A stretch of DNA of 24,000 nt from an uncultured Lachnospiraceae bacterium (GCA_946414825.1 CAMKQB010000011.1:13120-37119); one strand, 5' to 3'. Counted from the first letter of the stretch, positions 7,382-15,779 are shown. The notes: a model not told the origin generated them from the letters alone. Numbers and translations are program-made.

Positions 7382-10078
7382 TTAGTCTCTAGGCACCTCA
7401 ACCATTTTGTAGACTTCTATTGTATCATTTTCTCTAACATCGTTAAAGTCTTCGAAAACGATACCACATTCGAAGCCAGCCTTAACTTCCTTAGCATCAT
7501 CATTGAATCTCTTAAGAGAAGCGATCTTACCATCCCAGATCTGCTCACCATCTCTAGTAATTCTTGCGGATGCATTCCTCTCTACTGCTCCATCCTCAAC
7601 AAATGTACCTGCGATAGTACCAACTCCTGAAGCCTTGAAGGTCTGACGGATTACAGCGTGTCCGATAATCTTCTCTTCATAGATAGGATCAAGCATTCCC
7701 TTCATTGCTGATTCGATGTCATCGATAGCATTGTAAATAACCTTATAAAGTCTTATGTCAACCTTTTCTGAGTCAGCCAGCTGTTTTGCCATTGGCTCTG
7801 GACGAACATTAAATCCAATGATAATGGCATCTGATGCACCTGCAAGTGTAACGTCAGACTCATTGATTGCACCAACTCCGGAATGGATACATTTAATAAC
7901 GATCTCATCATTTGAAAGCTTGAGAAGACTCTGTTTTAGAGCCTCTACAGAACCCTGTACATCAGCCTTGATGATGATGTTAAGCTCCTTAAGAGTTCCT
8001 TCCTGCATCTGACTGAAGATATCATCCAGTGACATCTTAGCCTTAGTCTCTGCGATAAGGTTCTCCTTACCTCTTGTGATAAATGCATCACTGATATTTC
8101 TTGCTTCCTTCTCAGTGTCTGTAGCAATGAATATCTCACCAGTGTTAGGTACGGTTGAAAGACCAATAACCTCAACCGGCATAGAAGGAGTAGCTTCCTT
8201 CAGACTTCTCTGCTTATCATCTGTCATAGCTCTTACACGTCCGTGAGACTCACCGATTGCGATAAAGTCTCCTACCTTAAGAGTACCCTTCTGAACCAGA
8301 AGTGTTGCAACAGCACCACGTCCCTTATCCAGCTTAGCCTCAATTACTATACCACGAGCCTTACGCTTTGGATTAGCCTTAAGCTCAAGGATATCACTTG
8401 TAAGAAGGATCATTTCCAGAAGGTTGTCGATACCTTCGTGGCTCTTTGCTGAAACAGGTGCAAAGACTGTGCTTCCGCCCCAGTCCTCAGCTATAAGGCC
8501 GTACTCTACAAGCTCCTGCTTAACTCTCTCAATATTTGCGCTTGGCTTATCTATCTTGTTAACCGCAACGATTATTTCAACACCTGCTGCCTTAGCATGG
8601 TTAATAGCTTCTACTGTCTGTGGCATAACACCGTCATCAGCAGCAACTACAAGGATAGCTATATCTGTAGCCATAGCTCCACGAAGCCTCATTGCTGTAA
8701 ATGCCTCATGTCCCGGTGTATCAAGGAAGGTTATCTTCTTGCCATTTACCTTAACAGTGTAAGCACCGATATGCTGTGTGATACCACCAGCCTCGCCTTC
8801 TGTAACGCTTGTCTTACGAATAGCGTCAAGAAGTGATGTTTTACCATGATCTACGTGACCCATAACACAGACAACTGGAGGTCTCTCAACCAGTGAATCC
8901 TCTGGATCTTCTATATCCTTAAGGACCTCTTCTACGATATCAACCTTAACTTCCTGCTCACAAATAATATTATACTCAAGCGCAATCAGTTCAGCCTCCT
9001 CGTAAGTAAGGTCTGTATTTACTGTATACATCTTGCCTTCAAGGAAAAGCTTCTTGATAAGAGCATTTACAGGCTGCTTGATCTTAGCAGCGAACTCACT
9101 AAGAGTCATTACCTCAGGAAGTGTAACTGTCTTGATAGTTTCCTCTTCCTTCTTCTCCTGCTTCTTAGGCTTCTTCTTTCTCTCCTGAGTCATGTCATCC
9201 ATGTCTCTGAAGTCGTTCTTCTTAGATCTCTTCTCCTCACGTCTGTTACGTGACTCTTTATTCTCTCTACGAGCTTCCTTTTCCTTATCCTTAGACTTGT
9301 CGCCCTTTCTACCTGATGATCTCTTCTGATTCTCTTCCGGTGCTGGGGCAGCCTCTATCTTAGCTGGGCGTGAAGGTCTTCTAGTTGATGGAGCCTTATC
9401 CTCAGAAGTCTTATCTGAAGTTCTTGTTCCCTTTGCCGACTTTGTAGTCTTAGCAGCCTTTGCTTCCTTCTCTTCCTTAGAAACTCTAGGAGTCTTGATT
9501 TCTCTTGCAGGCTTAGTAGTCTTTGTTTCCTTTTGCTCCTTATTCTCAGTTGCAGCAGGCTTTTCTTCATCCTTAGCCTTGGTAGTCTTAGTAGCTGGCT
9601 TCTTCTCAGCTGGTTTAGTCTCTTCTACCTTAGCTTCTGTTTTAACCTCTGTCTCAGCAGCCTTTACTTCTGCAGCTTTAACCTCTGCCTCTTTTGCTGC
9701 TTCAGCTTCAGCAGACTTAGTAGCCGGCTTTACTGCCTTCTTCTCTTCTTCAGCAGGCTTAACCACCTTCTTGCCTGTAGGTCTGGCCTTTGGACCCTCA
9801 CCTCTTCTAGGACCTTCGTAAGCTCTAGGACCATCCGTTGTTCTAGGCTTTCTAGGTGTTTTATGTGCAGGAGCAGGCTTTGGCTCTGCCTTCTTTACAG
9901 GCTTTGGTGGAACCTTACCTGTAATCATCATCTTAGCATACTCCATGAGCTCTTCATCTATTTCAGATGTCATTCTGAGTCCATCTTTCTTCTTGCTAAG
10001 TACTCTTATAATATCATTTGCTGTAACCTGTCTTCCGGCTTCCTTAGTTAATTCCTTTGCATAATTAAATATTTTCAT
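7382..10078 (-). CDS. infB: Translation initiation factor IF-2
   Basis: 898 aa. GTPase motifs VMGHVDHGKTSLLD, DTPGHEAF and NKIDK. Long K/E/A/P-rich low-complexity N-terminal region. GGAGG lies 6 nt upstream of the ATG. ATGA overlap with the upstream stop. Confidence 0.95.
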   Translation of the reverse strand: MKIFNYAKELTKEAGRQVTANDIIRVLSKKKDGLRMTSEIDEELMEYAKMMITGKVPPKPVKKAEPKPAPAHKTPRKPRTTDGPRAYEGPRRGEGPKARPTGKKVVKPAEEEKKAVKPATKSAEAEAAKEAEVKAAEVKAAETEVKTEAKVEETKPAEKKPATKTTKAKDEEKPAATENKEQKETKTTKPAREIKTPRVSKEEKEAKAAKTTKSAKGTRTSDKTSEDKAPSTRRPSRPAKIEAAPAPEENQKRSSGRKGDKSKDKEKEARRENKESRNRREEKRSKKNDFRDMDDMTQERKKKPKKQEKKEEETIKTVTLPEVMTLSEFAAKIKQPVNALIKKLFLEGKMYTVNTDLTYEEAELIALEYNIICEQEVKVDIVEEVLKDIEDPEDSLVERPPVVCVMGHVDHGKTSLLDAIRKTSVTEGEAGGITQHIGAYTVKVNGKKITFLDTPGHEAFTAMRLRGAMATDIAILVVAADDGVMPQTVEAINHAKAAGVEIIVAVNKIDKPSANIERVKQELVEYGLIAEDWGGSTVFAPVSAKSHEGIDNLLEMILLTSDILELKANPKRKARGIVIEAKLDKGRGAVATLLVQKGTLKVGDFIAIGESHGRVRAMTDDKQRSLKEATPSMPVEVIGLSTVPNTGEIFIATDTEKEARNISDAFITRGKENLIAETKAKMSLDDIFSQMQEGTLKELNIIIKADVQGSVEALKQSLLKLSNDEIVIKCIHSGVGAINESDVTLAGASDAIIIGFNVRPEPMAKQLADSEKVDIRLYKVIYNAIDDIESAMKGMLDPIYEEKIIGHAVIRQTFKASGVGTIAGTFVEDGAVERNASARITRDGEQIWDGKIASLKRFNDDAKEVKAGFECGIVFEDFNDVRENDTIEVYKMVEVPRD

Positions 10079-10638
10079 TCATTACCTCCAAATCGTCTAA
10101 TAAACTGAATTCCAAACTGTTCATCCTCTATCGAGACTACAGATCTCTCTGCCTTACCTATCAGGCGTCCGAGTTCCTCTTTCTTACCAAATACCCTATA
10201 TGGAATGTCCCGATATTCACATTTGTCCACGAATTTCTTACGAGTGTTATCTGAGGCATCCTCTGCAATGATTACGAAATAGCTGGCACCCTTTTTAATG
10301 GATTCCTCACATTGATACTCACCAGCAGACAGTCTACCAGACTTCATAACAAGCGAAAGCATCTGGAGCTTGCCCTTTTCCATTTCCTGTCTGCAGACAT
10401 CCCTCACAGCTTCATCTATAAGACCATCTGCAAATGCCTTATCTATACATTTGTCATTTCTGCATATATATGCGCCTCTGCCATGCTGTTTACCGGTGTC
10501 ATCCTTGACAACACCTTCAACAGAAGTGTTACGTCCAGACAGAACAATACGTATCATATCGCCCTTTGGCTTCTCCGCTTCGCAGCATACACATTTACGC
10601 ATAGGCTTACGCCCTACATTCTTCTTCTTTGTACTCAC
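10075..10638 (-). CDS. Fused YlxR (DUF448/RnpM-like) and L7Ae/YlxQ-like RNA-binding protein
   Basis: 187-aa single ORF with a GTG start. The N-terminal half has YlxR motifs (RKCVCCEAEKPKGDMIRIV...GRGAYIC). The C-terminal half has the L7Ae/YlxQ-like motif (KSGRLSAGEYQCEESIKKGASYFVIIAEDASDNTRKKFVDKCEYRDIPYRVFGKKEELGRLIGK). There is no in-frame stop between the halves. Canonical position between nusA and infB. Confidence 0.85.
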   Translation of the reverse strand: MSTKKKNVGRKPMRKCVCCEAEKPKGDMIRIVLSGRNTSVEGVVKDDTGKQHGRGAYICRNDKCIDKAFADGLIDEAVRDVCRQEMEKGKLQMLSLVMKSGRLSAGEYQCEESIKKGASYFVIIAEDASDNTRKKFVDKCEYRDIPYRVFGKKEELGRLIGKAERSVVSIEDEQFGIQFIRRFGGNE

Positions 10639-10659
10639 ACTCGCACTTCTTTCGTTTAA

Positions 10660-11865
10660 TTATTCTGCGTCTTCTCCTGTTTCAGTCCCCTCTGACTCTT
10701 CAGTAACCTCATCAACTTCTGACTCTTCATTTTCAAGCTCTTCAATAGCAGCATTTACTTCTTCCTCTGTAAATGCACCATCTTCTTCATACTCTTCTTC
10801 ACTATATTCATCATCATCATACTCGTCCTTAGCAGCCTGACTCTCACTCTTGATATCGATCTTGTAATCTGTAAGTCTGGCAGCAAGACGAGCGTTCTGT
10901 CCTTCCTTACCAATTGCAAGGGACAGCTTCTCATCCGGAACAACAACTCTTGCTATTCCTTCTTCCTCATCTACATCAACTGAAATAACCGGTGATGGGC
11001 GAAGTGCATTCTCGATGAAGATTGCTGGATCCTCATCCCACTCGATAACGTCTATCTTCTCCCCACCAAGGTCATCAACTACGTTGTTGATACGAACGCT
11101 GTTAAGACCTACACATGCTCCAACTGCATCAACGTCTGGGTCATTTGACCAAACAGCAAGCTTGGAACGTGAACCAGGCTCACGAGAGATACTCATGATT
11201 TCAACTGTACCATCAGCGATTTCAGCAACCTCTCTCTCGAAGAGCTTCTTAACAAATTCAGGATGTGTTCTGGAAGTAATGATTCTGAAACCACTCTTCT
11301 CATTTTCCTTTACACCAACGATGTAAAGCTTGATTCTATCTCCAGGATTGTACTTTTCCCCTGGAATCATTTCTCTTGATGACAGAATAGTATCTGTTTT
11401 GTTATCAAGATTTACGCTGAGATTGTAGCCAACCTTTCTCTGAACCACACCAGTGATAATTGTTCTTTCCTTATCCTTGAAGTAGTCATAAACGGCCTTT
11501 CTCTCATTCTCCTTGATATTCTGAAGAATTATTCCTCTTGCTTTCTGAGCAGCTATACGTCCGAAATCGATTGTCTTAATTTCGCACTCAACAAAATCAT
11601 TGATTTCACAATCCGGATCAATGTGCTTTGCCTCGTCGATGAGAATGTCTGTGTTTGGATCATTTATCTCATCAACAACCTGCTTTGGAGCTGTAACAGT
11701 GATTTCTCCTGTCTCAGGATCCATATGCACCTTAACTGCATCCTTTCCAAAATCTCTCTCGCAAGCAGAAATGATAGCCTTCTCTATAGAATCTATCATC
11801 ATTTCCTTGCTAATATTCTTCTCCTCCTCTAGCATATTTAATGCTGCAATTATATCTGTCATCAT
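10660..11865 (-). CDS. nusA: Transcription termination/antitermination factor NusA
   Basis: 401 aa with an N-terminal domain, S1 (ITGVVQRKVGYNLSVNL), two KH domains (VGACVGLNSVRINNVVDDLGGEKIDVI; LSLAIGKEGQNARLAARLTDYKIDI) and an acidic D/E-rich tail. There are tandem ATG codons at 11865 and 11862. AGGAGG spacing favours 11862. Confidence 0.93.
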   Translation of the reverse strand: MMTDIIAALNMLEEEKNISKEMMIDSIEKAIISACERDFGKDAVKVHMDPETGEITVTAPKQVVDEINDPNTDILIDEAKHIDPDCEINDFVECEIKTIDFGRIAAQKARGIILQNIKENERKAVYDYFKDKERTIITGVVQRKVGYNLSVNLDNKTDTILSSREMIPGEKYNPGDRIKLYIVGVKENEKSGFRIITSRTHPEFVKKLFEREVAEIADGTVEIMSISREPGSRSKLAVWSNDPDVDAVGACVGLNSVRINNVVDDLGGEKIDVIEWDEDPAIFIENALRPSPVISVDVDEEEGIARVVVPDEKLSLAIGKEGQNARLAARLTDYKIDIKSESQAAKDEYDDDEYSEEEYEEDGAFTEEEVNAAIEELENEESEVDEVTEESEGTETGEDAE

Positions 11866-11933
11866 ATCCTCCTTTAATATATCTTCCTTTGTGAATATTT
11901 ATATATTGTACTAATAATTATATTAATACCTGG

Positions 11934-12407
11934 TTACTGTTCTTCTGCTTCTTCATATTCAAGTCTTACACTTGATATGTTGTCACGACTAAGCGAAATG
12001 TCATCTCCATCTACTTCTATAGTTAGCTTATCTGGAGCAAATTCCTTAAGTCGACCAATATGCTCCTTAGAGCCCTCCTCTGCCTTATAGAGCTTGACTC
12101 GTATCAGCTTGCCGATACTCTTCTCGAACTCCTTATCCTTCTTAAGCTTACGGGTAAGTCCCGGAGAACTAACCTCAAGTATGTAAGCATCCTCAATGAA
12201 GTCGTCCGCATCCAGCTTCTCATTCAGGGCTTTGGTAATAAGAACACAGTCGTCGATATTAACTCCACCCGATTTATCGATGTAAACTCGGAGATAATAA
12301 TCGGAGCCTTCCTTTACATACTCGACATCCCATAGCTCCAGCCCTGCCGACTCTACTATCGGAAGCACCAAGGACTCTGTCCTCTCTTCAATTTCAACCT
12401 TTTTCAA
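11934..12407 (-). CDS. rimP: Ribosome maturation factor RimP
   Basis: 157 aa with YYLRVYIDKSGGVNIDDC and ILEVSSPGLTRKLK motifs. TTG start with GGAGG 7 nt upstream. Canonical position upstream of nusA. Confidence 0.9.
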   Translation of the reverse strand: MKKVEIEERTESLVLPIVESAGLELWDVEYVKEGSDYYLRVYIDKSGGVNIDDCVLITKALNEKLDADDFIEDAYILEVSSPGLTRKLKKDKEFEKSIGKLIRVKLYKAEEGSKEHIGRLKEFAPDKLTIEVDGDDISLSRDNISSVRLEYEEAEEQ

Positions 12408-12457
12408 TTTTCATCCTCCATTTCATCTGGAAAGAAGAGGTTTTCACCCCTTAGCAT

Positions 12458-12490
12458 AAACAAAAGTGGATTCGGTATCCCGAACCCACT
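12458..12490 (-). terminator. Intrinsic terminator in the leader of rimP-nusA-infB (also the only terminator after the upstream gene)
   Basis: The minus strand reads AGTGGGTTCGG GATA CCGAATCCACT TTTGTTTAT: an 11-bp stem (one G-U), a 4-nt loop and a U tract. It lies 50 nt upstream of the rimP start, and no -35/-10 match lies in between. Confidence 0.7.
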
Positions 12491-12517
12491 CTAGTAATTC
12501 TTATTAAGTTCTCATGT

Positions 12518-12546
12518 ATATTAACAGATTAGTCAACATAATGCAA
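12518..12546 (-). promoter_or_regulatory. Candidate sigma-A promoter for the rimP operon (TTGCAT, 17-nt spacer, extended -10 TGtTAATAT)
   Basis: On the minus strand: TTGCAT (12546-12541), a 17-nt spacer ending in TGT, then TAATAT (12523-12518). Sequence match only. Confidence 0.35.
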
Positions 12547-12554
12547 GCTTTTTT

Positions 12555-12585
12555 TGAGTATATAGGAACGGTTCTTATTTACTCA
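12555..12585. repeat. 31-nt palindromic unit (copy U4 of a four-member family)
   Basis: tgagtatataggaacggttcttatttactca is a near-perfect palindrome centred on G12570 (13/15 arm positions match). Positions 12562-12585 match 13448-13471 at 23/24. It overlaps the stop codon of the 12579-13331 gene. Confidence 0.8.
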
Positions 12586-13331
12586 CCAATCCTGCTAAGA
12601 TTCTCCATTACTTTGTCGCAATCAGTATAATAAGTCATATTAACGACTCTATTAGTATTTTTACTTATTAATAGAAATAGGCAATCATTATTCTGGGTAT
12701 TATAGTAAATATACACATCAGAATTACCACCTATCACATCACTTAGTACAGTAGTATAATTCTCATACTTATAAGAGGTTTTTTTCTGTACTGTCTGGTT
12801 AGGATCATTTATACCTATATCATAAAATCTGTATTTTCTACTTGTAGTATTTATACCCACCTGTTTACCATTGATGTAAACAATATTTAGGTCTTCGGCT
12901 GATTTAACCGTTACAGTACCATTAGAATACTGATATATAGACCTTACCTTGTCCGCATTCTCCTCAAAGGTTACCCCCATATCCTTAGAAAGCTCTTCCT
13001 CAGTCATAGTCAGCTTATCAGTAATATCTTTTCCACTTGAACTTGTCATATACATAGCACCCTTATAAATGAAAAATGCTACAGCAATCAGAATCGCTCC
13101 GACAATAATAAGGGAAATGATATTTCTCTTCTTCTTTCCAGAATTGAGTCCTGTACTTCCGCCAGGTATAACCGATGGTCCCGTATAGGCAGGGAGATCA
13201 TTTATCTTATCAATATCAACGGTTCCGTCTCCGATTCCACCTCTAAACTTGGAATACCCCTCGACGAATTCTTCTGTTATTCGCTCTGCCCCATCATCAT
13301 TTGAATTATCTTTTTTTAGTTGAATAGCCAT
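12579..13331 (-). CDS. Hypothetical single-pass membrane protein
   Basis: ORF track gives 12579-13340 from a GTG, but AAGGAG at 13345-13340 sits 8 nt upstream of ATG 13331, so I call 13331 (250 aa). TM segment IISLIIVGAILIAVAFFIY. The C-terminal ~150 aa is N/T/Y-rich. I recognise no family. Confidence 0.65.
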   Translation of the reverse strand: MAIQLKKDNSNDDGAERITEEFVEGYSKFRGGIGDGTVDIDKINDLPAYTGPSVIPGGSTGLNSGKKKRNIISLIIVGAILIAVAFFIYKGAMYMTSSSGKDITDKLTMTEEELSKDMGVTFEENADKVRSIYQYSNGTVTVKSAEDLNIVYINGKQVGINTTSRKYRFYDIGINDPNQTVQKKTSYKYENYTTVLSDVIGGNSDVYIYYNTQNNDCLFLLISKNTNRVVNMTYYTDCDKVMENLSRIGE

Positions 13332-13409
13332 TACCTTCACTCCTTAAATCTTTTATAACGTCAATATATCACATTTTCTTCCCAAATGTCCTTAAATAAT
13401 TCTTAAAAG

Positions 13410-13507
13410 TATGCAAATAGGGACGGTTCTCTTTTGCATATATGCAAATAGGGACGGTTCTTATTTACTCACTTTTTGAGTAAAATAGAAACGGCACTAT
13501 TTACTCA
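13410..13507. repeat. Three 31-nt palindromic units (U1 13410-13440, U2 13441-13471, U3 13477-13507), same family as 12555-12585
   Basis: U1 is tatgcaaatagggacggttctcttttgcata, with arms tatgcaaa/tttgcata. U2 is tatgcaaatagggacggttcttatttactca, a hybrid of the two arm types. U3 is tgagtaaaatagaaacggcactatttactca, with arms tgagtaaa/tttactca. The shared core is ATAG(G/A)(G/A)ACGG(T/C)(T/A)CT. U1 and U2 abut directly. Confidence 0.8.
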
Positions 13508-13509
13508 TC

Positions 13510-14574
13510 TTAGAGTTCAATAAGTTCTTTAGGTGATCTAGCAAGAGGCTCACATCCATCTTCTGTAATAAGAATCATATCTTCTATACGAACCCCAAAT
13601 TTTCCTGGCAAATATATTCCCGGCTCATCTGTTTCTATCATACCCGGCTTAACAATCGAAGTATCGCGAGTATTAAATGCAGGGGACTCGTGAATATATA
13701 GACCAACGCCATGACCCAGTCCATGACCAAAGTAATCACCATACCCTTGAGCATTTATGTAATCTCTTGCTATTCTATCTACATCCTTACACATCATACC
13801 AGGTTTAAGATTTTCAAGCACTGAAAGCTGTGCAGATAAAACTATGTTATATATTTCCTTCTGCTCATCGCTCGCCTTGCCTATACATACAGTTCTAGTC
13901 ATATCTGAGCAATACCCCTTATAAATGCACCCAAAATCCATTGTTAGAAAATCGCCATTCTCTAGCTTCTTAGTAGAAGGAATCGCATGAGGCATGGAAG
14001 AATTTACCCCGGACGCCGCAATCGTATCAAAGGATAGTCCTTCTGCACCATGTCTTTTCATACTGTATTCTATCTCTGCTGCAACCTCGAGCTCGGTCAT
14101 ACCAGGCTTTAATATACTAAGAATATCGTCAAATGCCATATCGCCGATATACTCTGCCTCACGGAGAAGTTCTATCTCCTCAGGCGACTTAATTTGTCTT
14201 GGAATAAGGAGTGCGTCCTTTATAGGCTTCATTTCACATCCAAGCCCACCTGAAAACTTCTGATAATCACTATAGCTTATAGACATATCCTCAAAGCCAA
14301 GAGTATTTATACCATCAGAAGAAATGTACTCTTTGATGATACTTATCGTGGAGATACCATTTCCAAACTGTCTTACCTTAAAGCCTTCATAGCATTCCTT
14401 TCCAGCAGCTTCTGTGTACCTCGAGTCAGTTATGAGTATCTTTGAACCCTTCGAAATAAGCGCCACGCCCTCTCCACCACGGAAGCCAGTATAGTACCTT
14501 AAATTATATGGATCCGTTATAAGCACTGCATCCACATCAACATTTGTAAGTATCTCTGTATAATCTACCATCAT
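13510..14574 (-). CDS. M24B-family Xaa-Pro aminopeptidase/dipeptidase
   Basis: Motifs DFGCIYKGYCSDMTRT, HGLGHGVGLYIHE, EPGIY and RIEDMILITEDG. The ORF-track start (14646) lies inside the tsf terminator stem. ATG ATG at 14574/14571 preceded by AAGGAG is the plausible start. Confidence 0.88.
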   Translation of the reverse strand: MMVDYTEILTNVDVDAVLITDPYNLRYYTGFRGGEGVALISKGSKILITDSRYTEAAGKECYEGFKVRQFGNGISTISIIKEYISSDGINTLGFEDMSISYSDYQKFSGGLGCEMKPIKDALLIPRQIKSPEEIELLREAEYIGDMAFDDILSILKPGMTELEVAAEIEYSMKRHGAEGLSFDTIAASGVNSSMPHAIPSTKKLENGDFLTMDFGCIYKGYCSDMTRTVCIGKASDEQKEIYNIVLSAQLSVLENLKPGMMCKDVDRIARDYINAQGYGDYFGHGLGHGVGLYIHESPAFNTRDTSIVKPGMIETDEPGIYLPGKFGVRIEDMILITEDGCEPLARSPKELIEL

Positions 14575-14607
14575 CTTCTCCTTGTGAGTATTCAGGAATA
14601 TTCCTTT

Positions 14608-14643
14608 AAAAAAAGTGCCAGTAGGAACCCTCCCTACTGGCAC
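14608..14643 (-). terminator. Rho-independent terminator after tsf
   Basis: The minus strand reads GTGCCAGTAGG GAGGGTT CCTACTGGCAC TTTTTTT: a perfect 11-bp stem and a 7-T tract, 15 nt after the tsf stop. Confidence 0.85.
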
Positions 14644-14657
14644 CATAATGATCTGAA

Positions 14658-15758
14658 TTACTGGCCCATCTGAGCTGCAACTTCTGCTGCGAAGTCTTCG
14701 TTCTTCTTCTCAAGGCCTTCACCTGTCTCAAATCTGATGAAGCTCTTGATAGCGAAGTTAGAACCTGTCTCCTTAGCAACCTTCTCAACGTACTGCTTAA
14801 CGTTTTCCTTGTCCTCAGCCTTTACATAAGTCTGATCTACAAGGCAAATCTCCTTAAGGTGCTTAGCAAAACGTCCCTCAACAAGTCCTGAGAAGATCTT
14901 GTTCTCAAGGTACTCAGCCTTGTGATCTGATGCGATATCTCTAAGAACCTGCATTCCTTCATCTGAAATGAAGTTATACCAGAACTTATTATTCTTCTGC
15001 TCTTCATAAGCAGCCTTATCCTCATCGTTCCACTTACCAGACTCAATAGCCTCAGTAATAACTGCATTAAGGATTGGCTTTGGAAGTGAAGCAGGATCAG
15101 CGAGTGAGCTGTCTACTACGATTTCCTTCTCCTTAGCAAGTGTATCAGCTGAGATCTCATCTCTTGATACATACTGTGGATTCATTGCTGCGATCTGCAT
15201 AGCTACGTTCTTCATAGCCTCTGTGATAGCATCACCTGTCTGATCAGCCTGAGCTTCTACAAGAACACCAATCTTACCGCCCATGTGGATGTAAGAAACA
15301 ACAACGTCGCCTGTAATCTTTTCAAAACGACGAATTGTAAGGTTCTCACCTATCTTAGCAACCATAGCCTTGTGATACTCTTCTACTGTTGAAGCAGAAT
15401 CTATATCTGACTTAGCTGCCATAAATGCAGCCATATCTGCATAATCATTATTATTAATCTGTGTAGCAAGACCATTTACATATGTCTGGAATACTTCATT
15501 CTTAGCAACGAAGTCTGTCTCTGAGTTAACCTCAATGATAGTAGCTGTCTTGTTATCATCTGAAAGAACTGTTGCAACGATACCCTCAGCTGCGATTCTA
15601 CCAGCCTTCTTCTCTGCTGTTGCAAGACCCTTCTTACGAAGGAACTCAACTGCGCCATCAAAGTCGCCGTCTGTCTCTGTAAGAGCCTTCTTACAATCCA
15701 TCATACCAGCGCCTGTCATCTCTCTAAGTTTCTTAACGTCTGCTGCTGTAATAGCCAT
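14658..15758 (-). CDS. tsf: Translation elongation factor Ts
   Basis: 366 aa. N-terminal motif ADVKKLREMTGAGMMDCKKALTETDGD, then EVNSETDFVAKN and GEGLEKK. AGGAGG RBS. Directly downstream of rpsB. Confidence 0.95.
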   Translation of the reverse strand: MAITAADVKKLREMTGAGMMDCKKALTETDGDFDGAVEFLRKKGLATAEKKAGRIAAEGIVATVLSDDNKTATIIEVNSETDFVAKNEVFQTYVNGLATQINNNDYADMAAFMAAKSDIDSASTVEEYHKAMVAKIGENLTIRRFEKITGDVVVSYIHMGGKIGVLVEAQADQTGDAITEAMKNVAMQIAAMNPQYVSRDEISADTLAKEKEIVVDSSLADPASLPKPILNAVITEAIESGKWNDEDKAAYEEQKNNKFWYNFISDEGMQVLRDIASDHKAEYLENKIFSGLVEGRFAKHLKEICLVDQTYVKAEDKENVKQYVEKVAKETGSNFAIKSFIRFETGEGLEKKNEDFAAEVAAQMGQ

Positions 15759-15779
15759 CTTGAATATCCTCCTTATTAA

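Noticed and set aside
9495-10051. Plus-strand ORFs of 108 and 172 aa opposite the infB N-terminal region
   Set aside because: They are antisense to the low-complexity K/E/A/P-coding part of infB, where open antisense frames are expected by composition. There are no start signals.
12562-12585. LexA (Cheo box) or cre site in the repeat core GGAACGGTTC
   Set aside because: The Firmicute SOS box is GAAC-N4-GTTC, whereas the spacing here is N1. Comparison with the cre consensus TGWAANCGNTNWCA fails at most positions.
13410-13507. CRISPR-like array (three ~31-nt repeats)
   Set aside because: The units abut directly or are 5 nt apart, so there are no spacers. There are only three copies, the units are palindromic with differing arms, and no cas genes are present.
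14575-14646. N-terminal extension of the peptidase ORF (start 14646), and similar extended starts at 2662, 7401, 13340 and 23262
   Set aside because: The extensions begin at TTG or GTG codons (2662, 7401, 13340, 23262) or, for the ATG at 14646, inside a terminator stem. They variously overlap a terminator stem, an upstream gene or their own Shine-Dalgarno sequence. In each case a downstream ATG has a correctly spaced RBS.
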